DNA of 63,764 nucleotides, filler included, from Polymyxa betae A26-41 (Eukaryota; Protista; Endomyxa: Phytomyxea): NCBI GenBank assembly GCA_003693705.1. It is 5 parts of 5 records of this genome, joined end to end, with 100 filler letters (N's around TTAATTAATTAA, not from the genome) between each part and the next. Parts side by side here need not be neighbours in the genome. Positions count along the whole stretch, not along the records: positions 57,241 to 63,764 come from RBZT01000879.1; 4 more parts are not named here. One strand, 5' to 3'. Shown piece by piece: positions 62,911 to 63,764 of this stretch (position 1 is its first letter; each line of letters starts with the position of its first letter). The notes under the pieces were generated by a model. It saw only the letters and a program-made list of their open reading frames with translations, ran no database searches and was not told where the DNA came from. The position numbers and the translations under genes were made by a program.

Positions 62911-63224
62911 TTTAAAGAACCTCCTACTCACAGGGCTGATAGTACCGGTATATGAATGTGAAAAAAGTCACAGAGCCCAGATTTCATTAAAAAAATATTA
63001 TGATGTTAAATATATGCGATGAAATTGTTCCTAATAATCATCTCAGGTTAAGAGCTGATTTTACTGAAGATATTTGCTCCTGGGGATTCGCAGAAACTCG
63101 CACTCTTGTTTTTAAAGGAATGCTGGTTTTTGCTGAGCTCTTATTCCAGCTTGCCAAGTCCGAGACGCAGTTCTATCACTATGCATAGAAGAAGCAGAAT
63201 GGATTGCAAAAGGCAGAAAAACGT

Positions 63225-63764
63225 TTAAAATTCGCTGAGAACTGCTGAAAACGCATCACTTTGCCACCTTACGCTGTTCCGGTGAGGCCCGCTTTCTCTC
63301 CCTTGGTAATGCCCAACCCATGCTTTGGGGCAGATTTTCCAAAGCCAGTGCATACAATCTAAACTTCCCAACATTCCAGCAAACCCTCGAGCTGCATTGG
63401 TCCTCAAGATTCTATCCATATCCTCTTGTGTCGGTGAGCGCAAATACTCGTCACCGAAGACATCGATGATTGTACTGCAGAACCTCTCTAGAGATTTGTG
63501 AATAGTTGATTCGCGCATCCTCAATGATTCGTCTAACAGATTAGCAGGAGTCCCGTATGCAAGCATTCGCAGTGCAGCAGTCATTTTCTGCAACGATGAC
63601 AGGCCAAGCGCACCGCATGCGTCTTTAGGTTGTTGGAAATATTGTTCCTTCTCGAGAACAGCATTGTTGATGCGCATAAATAATGTCTTCGGCATACGGA
63701 ATCGTCGACGGAAAGTAGCATCATCGAATACTGGATCAGATTTATGAAAAATTACATAAAACTT
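63225..63764 (-). mobile_element. PIF/Harbinger transposase, N-terminal part (truncated)
   Basis: FRRRFRM..LF..I, DACGALGLSSLQKMTAALRMLAYG, YLRSPT, RGFAGMLGSLDCMHW.WK.CP.AW. Confidence 0.93.

Overview
Eukaryotic nuclear DNA with spliceosomal GT-AG introns in two size classes (about 34-58 nt, and about 120-340 nt T-rich) and scattered TT(T)(T)AGGG/CCCTAA telomere-like boxes. Four 100-bp N gaps each carry a TTAATTAATTAA linker, so adjacency across them is unproven. Intron style, signal-peptide ankyrin genes and transposon types suggest a plasmodiophorid protist (Spongospora/Plasmodiophora-like); this is inference only. Recognisable genes are DNA polymerase epsilon subunit 2 (POLE2/DPB2), a GT60-family GlcNAc transferase and two tandem 7TM-RGS genes. 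Manual splicing gives several candidate secreted or surface proteins: (i) an ~859-aa signal peptide-helical-atypical kinase-TM protein whose kinase would face outside the parasite; (ii) an ~1094-aa secreted protein with 12 consecutive phase-2 introns and a basic C-terminus; (iii) a signal peptide-F-box-ankyrin protein; (iv) three small signal peptide + ~3-TM proteins; (v) a small acidic secreted protein. These sit among decayed mobile elements (MULE, pogo-like, DUF3505/telomere-linked-helicase-like, Copia, nested Gypsy with a TSD-flanked solo LTR, PIF/Harbinger) and a truncated tRNA-Ser. All gene models were spliced by eye and need RNA-seq confirmation.
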